62,767 nucleotides of DNA from Synergistaceae bacterium (GTDB lineage: Bacteria > Synergistota > Synergistia > Synergistales > 79-D21). Of this stretch, positions 14,941 through 24,986 are shown piece by piece. The stretch spans positions 1-62,767 of the forward strand of contig JAJUIT010000002.1 of the NCBI GenBank assembly GCA_029267465.1. Direction: 5' to 3'. Within the stretch, counting starts at the first letter, position 1; each line of letters starts with the position of its first letter. A program made the translations under genes and the position numbers. The notes under the pieces are model-generated. The model was not told the DNA's origin. It ran no database searches and was given only the letters and a program-made list of their open reading frames with translations.

Positions 14941-17750
14941 ACGAGGACGACTGGACCTTCGAGGGGAGAAAAACCTGGCCGCCTTTTCACGGAGAAGCGC
15001 CCGAGAAATCTCCCCGGAAGCCTTCCGGACGAATCTTCGAGGGGAGGAGGCGCCTCTGGATCCTCCTCCCCTTCCTTCTTCTCCTTTTCGTTGCCTGGCC
15101 CGCTTTCGCGCGTTTCTACACCGACTGGCTCTGGTTCTATTCCCTGGGGTTTTCGGCCGTCTTCCGGACGCGTGTCCTCACGAGGATCGCCCTTTTCGTC
15201 GGCTCTTCGCTTTTGCTGTTCGCCTTTCTGGCCTTCAACTGGATCACCGCATGGCGGCGTTCGAAGGACGAACTATCCGAAACCTGGTCGGTCCGATGGA
15301 ACCCGCGCTTTTTGCCCTGGCTCATCCTGGGTGCGGCTGCCGTTCTATCTGCGGGCAACAGCCTGGGAGGGAGTTCGGCCTGGGAAACGATCCTGGGTTT
15401 CTTTTACGGGGGACCGTTCGGACAGAAAGACCCGATCTTCGGGAAGGACGTCGGGTTTTATGTCTTCACCCTTCCCTTTCTGGCGCTCCTCCGAAGCTGG
15501 CTGCTGAACGGGCTCTTCCTGGCGCTGCTGGGAACCGCGCTCCTCTCCCTTCCAGGAAGGCTGGGGCGCTTCTTCGCCAGTGACTTCAGCCTCCGGCCCC
15601 ATACAAGGAGGCACCTGTCGGTTCTCGCCTCGCTTCTCGTGCTTGCCTGGGGCAGCGGATTCCTCCTTGACCGCTGGAACCTGCTTTATTCCCCCTCCGG
15701 GATCGTCTTCGGCCCCGGCTACACAGACATCCACGCGCTTCTGCCCGCGCTGAGCGTCCTTTTCGCCCTCAGCACCGCGGCGGCGGTCCTCGTCTTCACG
15801 GGAACCGGGCGTTCCCGGAAAGCCCTCTGGTGGACCCTGGGCAGCCTGGCCGCGGCCGTCTTCGTCCTGAGGAGCCTCGTCCCCGGGCTGATGCAGTCGT
15901 ACATCGTCAAGCCCAACGAGTTCGAGCGCGAAAAGCCCTACATTGGTTACCACATCGCGGCCACCCTGGAAGCCTTCGGACTCAGCGAGGTGACCATCCT
16001 CGACATGACCCCGGAGAACGACGTGACCACCGAGGGAATCGCGGCCAATTCGGACACCATCCGGAACATCCGCCTCTGGGACTACGGTCCGCTTCTTCGG
16101 ACCTACAAGCAGCTCCAGGAAATCCGCTCCTACTACGATTTCACTGACGTGGACATCGACCGCTACCGGTTTGGCGGACAGATGCGGCAGGTCATGCTAT
16201 CAGCCAGGGAGCTGGATCCCACACAGCTGCAGAACCGTACCTGGGTCAACACCCACCTCGAATTCACCCACGGATACGGACTGGTGATGAACCCGGTCAA
16301 CGAGGTGGGACCCTCGGGGCTTCCCATCCTCTTCATCCGGGACCTCCCTCCGAAGGTGGACGTCCCTCTTTCGATCGACCGGCCCCAGATTTACTACGGG
16401 GAGAAGACCAGCACCTACGCCCTGGTGAAGACCGACGTGCGGGAGTTCGACTATCCCATGGGGGAGTCGAACGTCCGGAACACCTACGAGGGGAAGGGCG
16501 GGGTAGGGATCGGAACCGCCTGGCGGAGAATCCTTTTCGCGACCCGCTTCGGAGACACGGAAATCTTCTTCACGGGTTCCCTGCGTCCCGAAAGCCGGAT
16601 CCTGTACAACCGGAACATCCAGGGAGCCCTGAGGCAGCTGGCCCCCTTCCTTCTCTACGACGCGGATCCCTACCTCGTCGTCCTGGGAGGGAAGCTTTTG
16701 TGGATCCAGGACGCCTACACAGCCACAGACCGCTATCCCTATTCCAGGCCGGTGTCCCTCTCCGACCCGACGCTCTCGAATTTCCAGGGGGCGAACTACC
16801 TGCGCAACAGCGTGAAGGCCACGGTGGACGCCTATGACGGCACGGTCACCTTCTACGCCCTTGACGAGAAGGACCCCCTGCTTGCGATGTGGCGTTCCGT
16901 CTTTCCCAGTCTTTTCAAGCCCGCCTCCGCCCTGTCCCCGGAGCTCAGGGAGCATCTGCGGTACCCGGAAGGGCTCTTCGAGATCCAGAGCGCCGTCTAC
17001 CGGACCTACCACATGAAAGACCCGAACACCTTCTACAACAAGGAAGACGTCTGGACCATCACCCCCGAGGGGAGCCGAAAGGCGGTTTCTCCCAACTACA
17101 CCATTCTCCGGCTGATGGGAGAAAAGGCCCCGGAGTTTGCGCTGATCATCCCTTTCATGCCGGTGGGCCGCAACAACATGATCGCCTGGATGGCGGGGCG
17201 CAGCGACGGGGAGAACTATGGAAAGCTCGTGGTCTACAAGTTCCCCAAGCAGAAGCTCATCTTCGGGCCCGCACAGATCGAGGCCCTCATCGACCAGAAC
17301 CCGGAGATCTCTGCCCAGCTTTCCCTGTGGAGCCAGAGAGGATCGGAGGTCATCCGGGGCGACCTGCTGGTGATCCCGGTCGGCAAGGGGCTCCTCTACG
17401 TGCAGCCGCTCTACCTGAAGGCGGAGAGGGGAGACCTTCCCGAGCTGAAACGGGTCATCCTTTCCACCGGGGGGCGGGTTGCCATGGCGGAAACCTTTGA
17501 CGAAGCCTTGAGGCGCGTCGTGGGAATCCAGGCCGGGAAGCCTGCGGCCTTGCCAAAACCGGGAAGCGTCTCACCCCCCGCGTCCTCCGGCTCCCGGGAA
17601 GAGGATCTGAAGGCATTGGCCCGGGAGGCCCGAAAAGCCTATGAAGCGGCGGAAGCGGCCCAGCGGGCCGGCGACTGGGCCCGCTACGGAGAGGAACTCA
17701 AGCGCCTTCAGACCCTCCTGGAACGGATGACGCAAAACGGCACCCCCTGA
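14937..17750 (+). CDS. UPF0182-family large membrane protein (function unknown)
   Basis: 937 aa with an N-terminal multi-TM block ('FYTDWLWFYSLGF') and a large soluble domain. Start overlaps the pepA stop (ATGA). Confidence 0.75.
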   Translation: MNEDDWTFEGRKTWPPFHGEAPEKSPRKPSGRIFEGRRRLWILLPFLLLLFVAWPAFARFYTDWLWFYSLGFSAVFRTRVLTRIALFVGSSLLLFAFLAFNWITAWRRSKDELSETWSVRWNPRFLPWLILGAAAVLSAGNSLGGSSAWETILGFFYGGPFGQKDPIFGKDVGFYVFTLPFLALLRSWLLNGLFLALLGTALLSLPGRLGRFFASDFSLRPHTRRHLSVLASLLVLAWGSGFLLDRWNLLYSPSGIVFGPGYTDIHALLPALSVLFALSTAAAVLVFTGTGRSRKALWWTLGSLAAAVFVLRSLVPGLMQSYIVKPNEFEREKPYIGYHIAATLEAFGLSEVTILDMTPENDVTTEGIAANSDTIRNIRLWDYGPLLRTYKQLQEIRSYYDFTDVDIDRYRFGGQMRQVMLSARELDPTQLQNRTWVNTHLEFTHGYGLVMNPVNEVGPSGLPILFIRDLPPKVDVPLSIDRPQIYYGEKTSTYALVKTDVREFDYPMGESNVRNTYEGKGGVGIGTAWRRILFATRFGDTEIFFTGSLRPESRILYNRNIQGALRQLAPFLLYDADPYLVVLGGKLLWIQDAYTATDRYPYSRPVSLSDPTLSNFQGANYLRNSVKATVDAYDGTVTFYALDEKDPLLAMWRSVFPSLFKPASALSPELREHLRYPEGLFEIQSAVYRTYHMKDPNTFYNKEDVWTITPEGSRKAVSPNYTILRLMGEKAPEFALIIPFMPVGRNNMIAWMAGRSDGENYGKLVVYKFPKQKLIFGPAQIEALIDQNPEISAQLSLWSQRGSEVIRGDLLVIPVGKGLLYVQPLYLKAERGDLPELKRVILSTGGRVAMAETFDEALRRVVGIQAGKPAALPKPGSVSPPASSGSREEDLKALAREARKAYEAAEAAQRAGDWARYGEELKRLQTLLERMTQNGTP

Positions 17751-17760
17751 TGCGAAAAGG

Positions 17761-17786
17761 GCCGGCCGAAAAGGCCGGCTTTTTTC
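17761..17786 (+). terminator. Intrinsic terminator
   Basis: GCCGGCC-gaaaa-GGCCGGC followed by TTTTTT, directly after the UPF0182 stop. Confidence 0.65.
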
Positions 17787-17876
17787 ATCTGGGAACCGTA
17801 TCCGTTCGTTATAATAGGAGAGGAATGCCGGAGCAGAGCTTCAATAAACCATCTCACAACGATTGGAGGCTGGAAA

Positions 17877-19751
17877 ATGGGAGGCTACTTCGGAACCGCA
17901 CTCATGGTGGATCTCACGGAACAGACCGCGGAGGAGTCGCTCCTTCCCGGAGAGTGGTACCGGGACTACATCGGGGGGGAGGGACTCGGCGTCCGCCTCT
18001 TGCTGGACCTGGTAGACCCGGAATCCGAACTTCTGGCTCCGGAACAGCCGCTGATCTTCACCACCGGGTCCCTGACAGGCACTGCGGCACCGGCGAGCGG
18101 GCGCTGTGCCGTCGTGTTCCGCTCCCCCCTGACGGGAACGCTGGGAGCCTCCAACGCCGGCGGGCATTTTGCCCCGGCCCTGAAGCGGGCGGGCTACGAC
18201 GTCCTGGTCGTCACCGGAAGATCGGAAAAGCCAGTCGTTTTGGTTATCGACGACGACGGCGTCGACTTCCTGGAGGCGGAAGAGGCCTGGGGCAAGGGAG
18301 TCGGCGCAACGGAAGACTGGATCCGGGGCCAGCTCGAGGGTTCCGGCTGGCAGATCGCATCGATCGGACCGGCCGGGGAAAAGGGAGTCCTCTTTTCCTC
18401 CATCATGACCGACCGGCACCGGGCCTTCGGCCGCGGTGGCGCCGGGGCCCTCATGGGCAGCAAGAACCTGAAGGCCATCGCCGTTCGGGGAACGGAAGAG
18501 CTTCCCATCGCCGATCCCGAGGGGCTGAAGGAAGCAGCCAAGGCCGCCCGGGAGGAACTCTTCAACGAGGCCTTCGTCCGGGACGAGATGAAGCCCTACG
18601 GGACACCTTCCTTTTACGACGCCATTTGCGGCCTGGGGATCCTGCCGACACGCAACTGGCAAAGGGACACCTATCCAGAATCGCTTCCCGAGATGGCCTA
18701 CAAGACCTATCACGAAACCCTGGAAGTGAAGCCCTACGCGTGCTTCGGCTGTCCCATCGCCTGCGGGCGCCACACGAAAATCAGGACCGGCAAATGGGCG
18801 GGGATGGAGGGCGGAGGCCCAGAATACGAGGCCATGGCCGCTTTCGGGAGCAAGTGCGAGGTGAAGGACCTGAACGCCGTAGCCGCTGCCAACCACCTGG
18901 CCAACGACATGGGCCTGGACGTCATCTCCACCGGCCAGGTCATCGCCACGGCCATGGAGTGGGCGGAAAAGGGCATCCTGACGAAAGAACGTCTCGGCGG
19001 TCTCGACCTGGCTTTCGGGAATGGAGAAGCTGTTGTGGAAGCCGTCCGGCTCATTGCAAACCGGGAAGGCGTCGGTGACCTGCTGGCCCTGGGCAGCGTC
19101 CGTGCCGCCGAGAGGCTGGGACCGGGGGCGGAAGGGGCCGTCATGGCCGTCAAGGGAATGGAGATGGCCGCGGACGGAGTCCGGGCCAGCAAGGGCGAGG
19201 CCGTCGTCCACGCGGTTTCCCCTCGGGGAGCGGATCACCTGCGCCCCTACGCCTCCACGATCGATGCCTTCGGCTACCGGGAGCCGGAGCTGGGCATCGC
19301 CCCTGACGCGTCCATTTCCATCACGGAGGACGGAAACAAGGGCTGGGTCAAGCCCCTCATGGCCAACGCCATGATCCCGAACCTGCTGGGGACCTGTCTC
19401 TTCACCAACATCACCCTGGGAATCAAGCCCTCCACGTGGGCGAAACTGCACTCGAAAGCCGTCGGCAGAGAGATGGAAAAGGACGAACTGCTGCTGGCCG
19501 CCGAGCGGGTGATCAACCTGGAGCGCATGGTGAACGCCATTTTCGGGTTCGATGGGAGCGACGACACCCTGCCGGAACGCTTCCTGAAGGAACCGGGGGC
19601 CGACGGCCCCGGCGCGGGACAGGTCGTCGACCTGAAGACCGCCCTGGAGAGCTTCTACCAGGCGATGGGGTGGGACCCGGAGGAAGGGCTTCCCTCCGTG
19701 GAAACCCTGACACGGCTCGGGCTCGACTGGATGCTTTACGGTTGCGAATGA
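17877..19751 (+). CDS. aor: Aldehyde:ferredoxin oxidoreductase (second AOR-family paralog)
   Basis: 624 aa with 'IGGEGLG', 'CFGCPIACGR' and 'SPRGADHLR'. GGAGG upstream of the ATG. Confidence 0.9.
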   Translation: MGGYFGTALMVDLTEQTAEESLLPGEWYRDYIGGEGLGVRLLLDLVDPESELLAPEQPLIFTTGSLTGTAAPASGRCAVVFRSPLTGTLGASNAGGHFAPALKRAGYDVLVVTGRSEKPVVLVIDDDGVDFLEAEEAWGKGVGATEDWIRGQLEGSGWQIASIGPAGEKGVLFSSIMTDRHRAFGRGGAGALMGSKNLKAIAVRGTEELPIADPEGLKEAAKAAREELFNEAFVRDEMKPYGTPSFYDAICGLGILPTRNWQRDTYPESLPEMAYKTYHETLEVKPYACFGCPIACGRHTKIRTGKWAGMEGGGPEYEAMAAFGSKCEVKDLNAVAAANHLANDMGLDVISTGQVIATAMEWAEKGILTKERLGGLDLAFGNGEAVVEAVRLIANREGVGDLLALGSVRAAERLGPGAEGAVMAVKGMEMAADGVRASKGEAVVHAVSPRGADHLRPYASTIDAFGYREPELGIAPDASISITEDGNKGWVKPLMANAMIPNLLGTCLFTNITLGIKPSTWAKLHSKAVGREMEKDELLLAAERVINLERMVNAIFGFDGSDDTLPERFLKEPGADGPGAGQVVDLKTALESFYQAMGWDPEEGLPSVETLTRLGLDWMLYGCE

Positions 19752-19767
19752 TCCCTCTGGTTCCGAG

Positions 19768-19807
19768 AAAAAAGGGGGGGCGGGCCCTGGAGCCCGCCCC
19801 TTTTTTT
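19768..19807. terminator. Bidirectional intrinsic terminator between convergent genes
   Basis: AAAAAA, then GGGGCGGGC-cctgga-GCCCGCCCC, then TTTTTTT. Confidence 0.65.
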
Positions 19808-19821
19808 CGGAGGGTTGTCTT

Positions 19822-20544
19822 TCAGGCCAGGTCCTCGAGGATCCGCCTTCGGACCGCCTGGTCATCGTCGAGGTAGGCGTTGATTTCGGCGGTGAGGTTG
19901 TAGAGCAGGAATAGCCAGTAGATCCCCAGGGTCAGGACCATGAAAACCAGGGAAAGAAAGAGGTTCCTGTGGCGGATCCGCTTCGGCGGCAGGTCGGGGT
20001 CTTCTCCCAGCACATGGGCCACCAGTTTCTGTCTCAAGTCCTGGACTGCATCGGTGAGCCTGAAGACGGAGTTCAGGTAGAGGGCGATGAAAACGAACGC
20101 CGCGAACCCCACCAGCCTGCCCAAACCGCCGGGGAGAATTACGCTGACCAGGTGCAGCAGGATATACCCCCAGAAGAGGACAGTGGAAACCCCCATTCCC
20201 GCTAAAAGGTCAAGGCCGTTCTGGTAATTGACCCGTTCGGTTTCATCGCCGGCATGGGCAATGAGGTGGGAAAGCAGAAGTCGGAGGTTCGCCAGGTTCG
20301 TGTTCAGGGCTCCGCCCCACTGGTAGACGACTACCAGCTGCAGCACCGTCCCGATCACCCCCAGCAAAAGGGAGATCAGCAGGATTCCTCCTCCCCCGAC
20401 GGCACCCAGCGGGCTTGCCGCCATCAACGCACCCATGAACCCGAAAAAGCCGATGGCCGTTCCGAGGATCCCGACGATGCTCAGAACCACCGAGGCAACC
20501 GCCAGGTTCGAGTTAACCCGTTTTTCCACCGAGAGATCCAGCAT
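19822..20544 (-). CDS. Hypothetical polytopic membrane protein
   Basis: 240-aa hydrophobic ORF. The C-terminal 'LTLGIYWLFLLYNL' resembles DUF4234-type motifs. No functional call. Confidence 0.55.
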   Translation of the reverse strand: MLDLSVEKRVNSNLAVASVVLSIVGILGTAIGFFGFMGALMAASPLGAVGGGGILLISLLLGVIGTVLQLVVVYQWGGALNTNLANLRLLLSHLIAHAGDETERVNYQNGLDLLAGMGVSTVLFWGYILLHLVSVILPGGLGRLVGFAAFVFIALYLNSVFRLTDAVQDLRQKLVAHVLGEDPDLPPKRIRHRNLFLSLVFMVLTLGIYWLFLLYNLTAEINAYLDDDQAVRRRILEDLA

Positions 20545-20550
20545 CGATCC

Positions 20551-20970
20551 TCAAGCCTCTGTCAGGAAGCCCGCCCGCTCCTGGGCCTTCCTCACCAGCG
20601 CCTCCCGGGAAACGACCACGCGCTCGTGGCGTCCGTGGCAGATCTCTCCGAGCCCATCCCAGCCCACGAAAGTGAAGTGCAGGTGGTTCCCGTCAATCCC
20701 CGTCAGGACGATCCTGTAATGAACGTGAACGCCAAGGAGCGAAGGGGCCGTATGCGAGATCTCGACCTTCCTGCCGACGGAGATCATCCCTTCGGGAAGG
20801 AACCGGTCGATCATGTCGATCGCCATCCGGATCATCGTGTTGACACAGGCGGACGTCGAGAGGAACTCGTTCAGGCTCGGAGAAAAGTTCCCAACCGTAT
20901 CGGAGGCTTCCACCGTCTTCGAGGTTTCTTCCGTCATTCCGACCGCAAACGCATCTCTCAGGTCAAACAT
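20551..20970 (-). CDS. Hotdog-fold thioesterase-like protein
   Basis: 'MFDLRDAFAVGMTEETSKTVEASDTV...VGRKVEISHTAPSLLG...' resembles FlK/PaaI-like thioesterases. Start trimmed to ATG 20970. Confidence 0.55.
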   Translation of the reverse strand: MFDLRDAFAVGMTEETSKTVEASDTVGNFSPSLNEFLSTSACVNTMIRMAIDMIDRFLPEGMISVGRKVEISHTAPSLLGVHVHYRIVLTGIDGNHLHFTFVGWDGLGEICHGRHERVVVSREALVRKAQERAGFLTEA

Positions 20971-21211
20971 TCTCCCCACCCCTTTCCGCGGCTTTGCCGA
21001 GGGCCCAGAAGCAAAACCGGGCTCCCGGTTTCCCTTGATTCTCATCTTTATCTTAGCAGAATCCATGTTCGAGTTCCTTACCGCAACGTATAATGGGAGC
21101 GGATTCTCCGCGGGAGGAAAAACAACCATGAGAAAACACCGGCTGAAGATCTTCATGGAGCGCCCCCAGTCGGCCGTTTGCTGAGGCGGATTCAGCTACG
21201 GGAAAGAAGAA

Positions 21212-21466
21212 ATGGAATCTTTCCCGATGAGGACGGACCGTGAGTCCGTCGGCAGGCTCCTTGTGAAGGTGCGGGACACCTTCGGGGACCGGATTGAGAT
21301 CGACATCCTGGATCCTCGGTGTTCTTTCTGGATCTTCGATCTGGTCCGGTTCAGGGTCAAGAGCACAGAACCCGTCTGGATCCTTGACGGCAAACTGCTT
21401 TTCCGGGGAATCCCCGGCTGGACCGAACTGGAGGGTGTCCTCGCGGAAAGGCTAGGAATGGAATGA
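21212..21466 (+). CDS. Small hypothetical protein (84 aa)
   Basis: The ORF is translationally coupled to pcm (ATGA overlap at 21463). No recognisable motif. Confidence 0.4.
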   Translation: MESFPMRTDRESVGRLLVKVRDTFGDRIEIDILDPRCSFWIFDLVRFRVKSTEPVWILDGKLLFRGIPGWTELEGVLAERLGME

Positions 21467-22149
21467 AACCCTGGAGAGAACGGGCCCGGCGGATGATCGA
21501 AACCCAGATCCGCCCCAGGGGAATCCGCGACACGCGGATTCTTGCCGCCCTGGAACGGGTCGACCGTACGGAATTTGTGCCGGAAGACCTAGCGCCCCTG
21601 GCGGATGCGGACGGGCCGCTTCCGATCGGTGAGGGACAGACCGTTTCACAGCCCTACATGGTCGCCCTGATGACGGAACTTCTGGCCCTCCCGGAGCGGA
21701 CCCGTGTCCTGGAAATCGGAACGGGATCAGGCTACCAGGCTGCGATCCTCGCAGAGATGGGAATGGAAGTCGTTTCCGTTGAGCGGATCGGCTCGTTGGC
21801 GCGAGCGGCGCGCGAACGCCTGGCAAGGCTTGGGTATCGTGTTTCCGTTGTTCATGGTGACGGGCGCCTGGGGGTCCCGGAGATGGCCCCTTACGGAGCC
21901 GTTCTAGTGACGGCAGGGGCCCCCCGGGTCGAAAGGGCCTGGACGGACCAGCTGAGCGAAGGGGGGAGGCTGGTCGTCCCCCTGGTGATCCAGCCGGGGC
22001 TGGAACGCCTGCTCGTTCGGTTGAAAACCCCGGCCGGTTTTCAGGACAGCTGGTCCGAATACTGCCGTTTCGTGCCGCTGCTTCCCGGCACGGGGAATGA
22101 TTCTTACGAGCACGACGGCCCTCCGCCGGGGAGCCGATTTTCCAAGTAG
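21463..22149 (+). CDS. pcm: Protein-L-isoaspartate O-methyltransferase
   Basis: 'VLEIGTGSGYQAAILA' SAM motif and typical Pcm length. Confidence 0.9.
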   Translation: MKPWRERARRMIETQIRPRGIRDTRILAALERVDRTEFVPEDLAPLADADGPLPIGEGQTVSQPYMVALMTELLALPERTRVLEIGTGSGYQAAILAEMGMEVVSVERIGSLARAARERLARLGYRVSVVHGDGRLGVPEMAPYGAVLVTAGAPRVERAWTDQLSEGGRLVVPLVIQPGLERLLVRLKTPAGFQDSWSEYCRFVPLLPGTGNDSYEHDGPPPGSRFSK

Positions 22150-22161
22150 GGGGGAAGTGCC

Positions 22162-22620
22162 TTGCCGAAACGCATCCTGGTCTGTCTTGATTTCAGCCGC
22201 CTCGGGGACGATGTGGTGACCTACGGGCACAGGCTGGCGCACCGTCTCGACGCCGAGGTTTCCTTCATCCACGTCATTGAATTCACCCAGGCCTTCAGGG
22301 GCTACGGGAACCCCTCGACGATCAGCCTGCCCGATGCAGTCCGCACCAAGGCCCGGGAACACCTCGAGCTTCTGGTTCTTCAGTCGGAAGCCAGAATGCC
22401 CACGGGAAAGGACCACCGTCATCCCCTGGTCGTACGGGAAGGGGAACCGGCGGAAGAGATCATCGCCTTTGCCAGGGAGGGGCGTTTCGACCTGGTGGTG
22501 GTGGGGAACCGCGGCAACAGCCGAATCACTAGCCTGGTGGTCGGATCCACCGCGTCGAAAGTGGCGCGTTACGCCCCCTGTTCCGTGCTGATTTACAGAC
22601 CGGGATTTGAGCCCCTTTAA
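22162..22620 (+). CDS. Universal stress protein (UspA family)
   Basis: 'RILVCLDFS...' N-terminus and C-terminal 'VVGNRGNSRITSLVVGSTASKVARYAPCSVLI'. Confidence 0.8.
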   Translation: MPKRILVCLDFSRLGDDVVTYGHRLAHRLDAEVSFIHVIEFTQAFRGYGNPSTISLPDAVRTKAREHLELLVLQSEARMPTGKDHRHPLVVREGEPAEEIIAFAREGRFDLVVVGNRGNSRITSLVVGSTASKVARYAPCSVLIYRPGFEPL

Positions 22621-23357
22621 CGGATGAACGGCGGTGAAGGCTTTTCACCCGCCTCACGCAGGACTTTCTTGAGACGTCGGCCCGTCACCATGAAGTAGGC
22701 CCGCTCCGCGATGTTGACGGAGTGGTCGCCGATTCGCTCCAGGTGACGGGCCACGGCGAGGAGCGCCGTGGAGGACAGGAGTGCGTCGGGGTTGCCTTGC
22801 GCAGGGCCGGCCATGATTCCCAGCAGTTCGTCAAAAATCGAATGGTAAAGCCGATCCATTTCGTCATCTGCCCTGAACACCACCTCCGCCAGGGCGGAGT
22901 CGCCCTTCTCGAAGGATTCAAGGGCCTGTTCCAGCATCTTTGAGGCAATGTCCCTCATCCGGGGAATATCGATCAGGGGTTTCAGGAGGGAGCGCCTGTT
23001 CAGCCAAAGTGCCCGTTCCGCGATGTTTGACGCCTCATCCCCGATCCGTTCGAGATCGGTCACGATCTTCAGGACCGAAAAGGCAAAGCGAAGATCCTCC
23101 CTCACGGGTTTCCGCATTCCGATCGATCGGAGGCATTCCAGTTCCGCATCCACTTCCAGCTCATCGATCGCGTCATCCCCCTCAAGGACTTCCTGGGCAA
23201 GTTCGCTGTCGCGCTCTTCCAGGGCCCGGACAGCATCGCGGAACGCCTTCCCGGCGCGGCTTCCCATCTCCATCACCAGGGCCGTCAGGGCGAGACGGTC
23301 TTTCTCGTAGAGGAAATGATCCTGAGAGTTTTCCTCATTCCTTGAGCCGAAGATCAT
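22617..23357 (-). CDS. phoU: Phosphate signalling complex protein PhoU
   Basis: Two PhoU repeats ('ALEERD..LAQEVLEGDDAIDELE', 'DSALAEVVFRADDEMDRLY'). Confidence 0.85.
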   Translation of the reverse strand: MIFGSRNEENSQDHFLYEKDRLALTALVMEMGSRAGKAFRDAVRALEERDSELAQEVLEGDDAIDELEVDAELECLRSIGMRKPVREDLRFAFSVLKIVTDLERIGDEASNIAERALWLNRRSLLKPLIDIPRMRDIASKMLEQALESFEKGDSALAEVVFRADDEMDRLYHSIFDELLGIMAGPAQGNPDALLSSTALLAVARHLERIGDHSVNIAERAYFMVTGRRLKKVLREAGEKPSPPFIR

Positions 23358-23375
23358 GCGAACCCCTCCCTAGCG

Positions 23376-24986
23376 TTATCCAAGCCTTCCCCCAATGGAC
23401 TCGCTCCGGGCGATTTCACAAGCCGCCCGGACCAGGTCTTCCGCTGCAGACAGGAACTCCCAGGCTGCGACTTCCGACCGGGAATCGAACAACCCTCCCT
23501 TTTCCAGCAGGCGGGACCGGAGCGATTCTGCATCCTTCCGGAAGTCTTCTGCCAGGTCCAATGCCCTTCGCGAGAGGTCGGAATCCCCGAGGACAAAGGA
23601 CCCGAGCGCAAACCCCACCAGCCTCACCAGGCGCCGAACCGAGTTTTCCCAGTTGCTTTCCTTCAGGCGAGCGGTGAGAATGCCGCACTCTCCACCCAGG
23701 CAGAGGGGCGCCAGCCGCTGGGCCGTCACCCAGACAAGGCTCCGGAGGGCGATCAGGGCATAGGAAATGCTGGCGTAGGCCATTCTCGCCGGATCCCCCC
23801 CTGGCGGGGCAGGGATCTCAAACATAAAGTCAAGGCAGGATTCCGCCAGGGCCGGGAGGTCTTTCCGCAGGGCCTCCACCCTCGCTTCAGGCTCCAGGGC
23901 CAGGAGGATCCTCGTCAGAAGTTCATCGGCATAGCCTGCAAGCCTGGCCATTTCCTTGGCAAGAAGGTGAAGCGCGACGAAGGGCAGTGCCAGGGCGGCC
24001 TCGTCCAGGTAGAGCGGTTCCGAGAGGGTTTCCCGCTCCCGAATTGGAAGTTTTTCCAGGAACCTTGTGAAGGTACCGGTGAAAGGGTACAGGAGAAGGG
24101 CGTTCAGCACGACGATCAAGCCCAGGGCAGCGGGAGGGGACATAGGCGGAGGAAGTGTCGCCACGGTCGCGCGGAGGGGCAAAAGCCCCCAGGCCAGGCT
24201 TGCGGCGGCAACCCCGCACAGCCGGTAAAGCAGGTTGGCCCAGGCCAGCCTCCGGGCATTTCGCTTCCGCGTTCCAAGAGAAACCAGGAGAACGGGTGCG
24301 GCTCCCCCGACATGCACTCCCAGGGCGATCGGAAAGACAGCTGCCGCAGGAAGCAGTCCCGCGGTGATCAGGGCGATCGAGAGAGCCACCACGGCGTTGC
24401 CCCCCTGAAGGATCGCCGTGAGGACCGCCGAAACCCCCAGAACCGCAATAAAATTCCCCTCCGCCGCACCGATGCAGCTTTTGAGGAATGCGCTGTCGGA
24501 AAGGGGTTGGATTCCCGCCCTGAGGAGCGCCATGCCCGTCAGAAGGAGAGAAAGCCCCAGCAGCTTTTCGGAGGTGTTCCGGACTTTGCCTTCCGGCAGC
24601 CTCGTCCCGGCGACGCAGACGGCCAGGAAAAGGGGAGAGAAAACAGTCCAGTCCATCCCCAGGAGAAAGGTCACGGCCATCGCCCCGACACTGGCCCCCA
24701 TGAGTACGGTCAGCGCGTCTGAAAAAGGGAGCAGCCCCGCGTCCACGAGGCCCACGGCCAGTGAAGTAGCGACAGAACTGCTTTGGGTCCCCCCGGCCAG
24801 GAAAACCCCGAAAAGGAAAGCCCCGGGCCGATGCGCCGTAAGGCGGGCAAGGGCGTTCTTCGTCTTTCCCCCAAAGGCTTTCCGAAACGATTCGGTCAGA
24901 GCCTGGGCTCCATAGAGAAAGAGCGCCAGGCCCCCGATGAAGAAGGTCAGTCCAAGGGAGGCGGACACGGATTTTCCCCTTTCCAC
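23376..24986 (-). CDS. Na/Pi cotransporter family protein with a C-terminal PhoU-like domain
   Basis: 536 aa. N-terminal 'FIGGLALFLYGAQALTESF' and repeated Na_Pi_cotrans segments. Confidence 0.85.
   Translation of the reverse strand: MERGKSVSASLGLTFFIGGLALFLYGAQALTESFRKAFGGKTKNALARLTAHRPGAFLFGVFLAGGTQSSSVATSLAVGLVDAGLLPFSDALTVLMGASVGAMAVTFLLGMDWTVFSPLFLAVCVAGTRLPEGKVRNTSEKLLGLSLLLTGMALLRAGIQPLSDSAFLKSCIGAAEGNFIAVLGVSAVLTAILQGGNAVVALSIALITAGLLPAAAVFPIALGVHVGGAAPVLLVSLGTRKRNARRLAWANLLYRLCGVAAASLAWGLLPLRATVATLPPPMSPPAALGLIVVLNALLLYPFTGTFTRFLEKLPIRERETLSEPLYLDEAALALPFVALHLLAKEMARLAGYADELLTRILLALEPEARVEALRKDLPALAESCLDFMFEIPAPPGGDPARMAYASISYALIALRSLVWVTAQRLAPLCLGGECGILTARLKESNWENSVRRLVRLVGFALGSFVLGDSDLSRRALDLAEDFRKDAESLRSRLLEKGGLFDSRSEVAAWEFLSAAEDLVRAACEIARSESIGGRLG

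Noticed and set aside
17841-19865. 674-aa ORF on the minus strand
   Set aside because: It is antisense to the second AOR gene, whose frame has unmistakable AOR motifs. The minus-frame product is R/G/P/H-rich low-complexity sequence typical of off-frame high-GC DNA.
21128-21184. 18-codon upstream ORF (MRKHRLKIFMERPQSAVC) with GGAGG and a TATAAT at 21089-21094, ahead of the 84-aa ORF and pcm
   Set aside because: It is too short to evaluate and has no recognisable leader-peptide logic such as runs of regulatory codons. It could be real, but the sequence alone does not support it.
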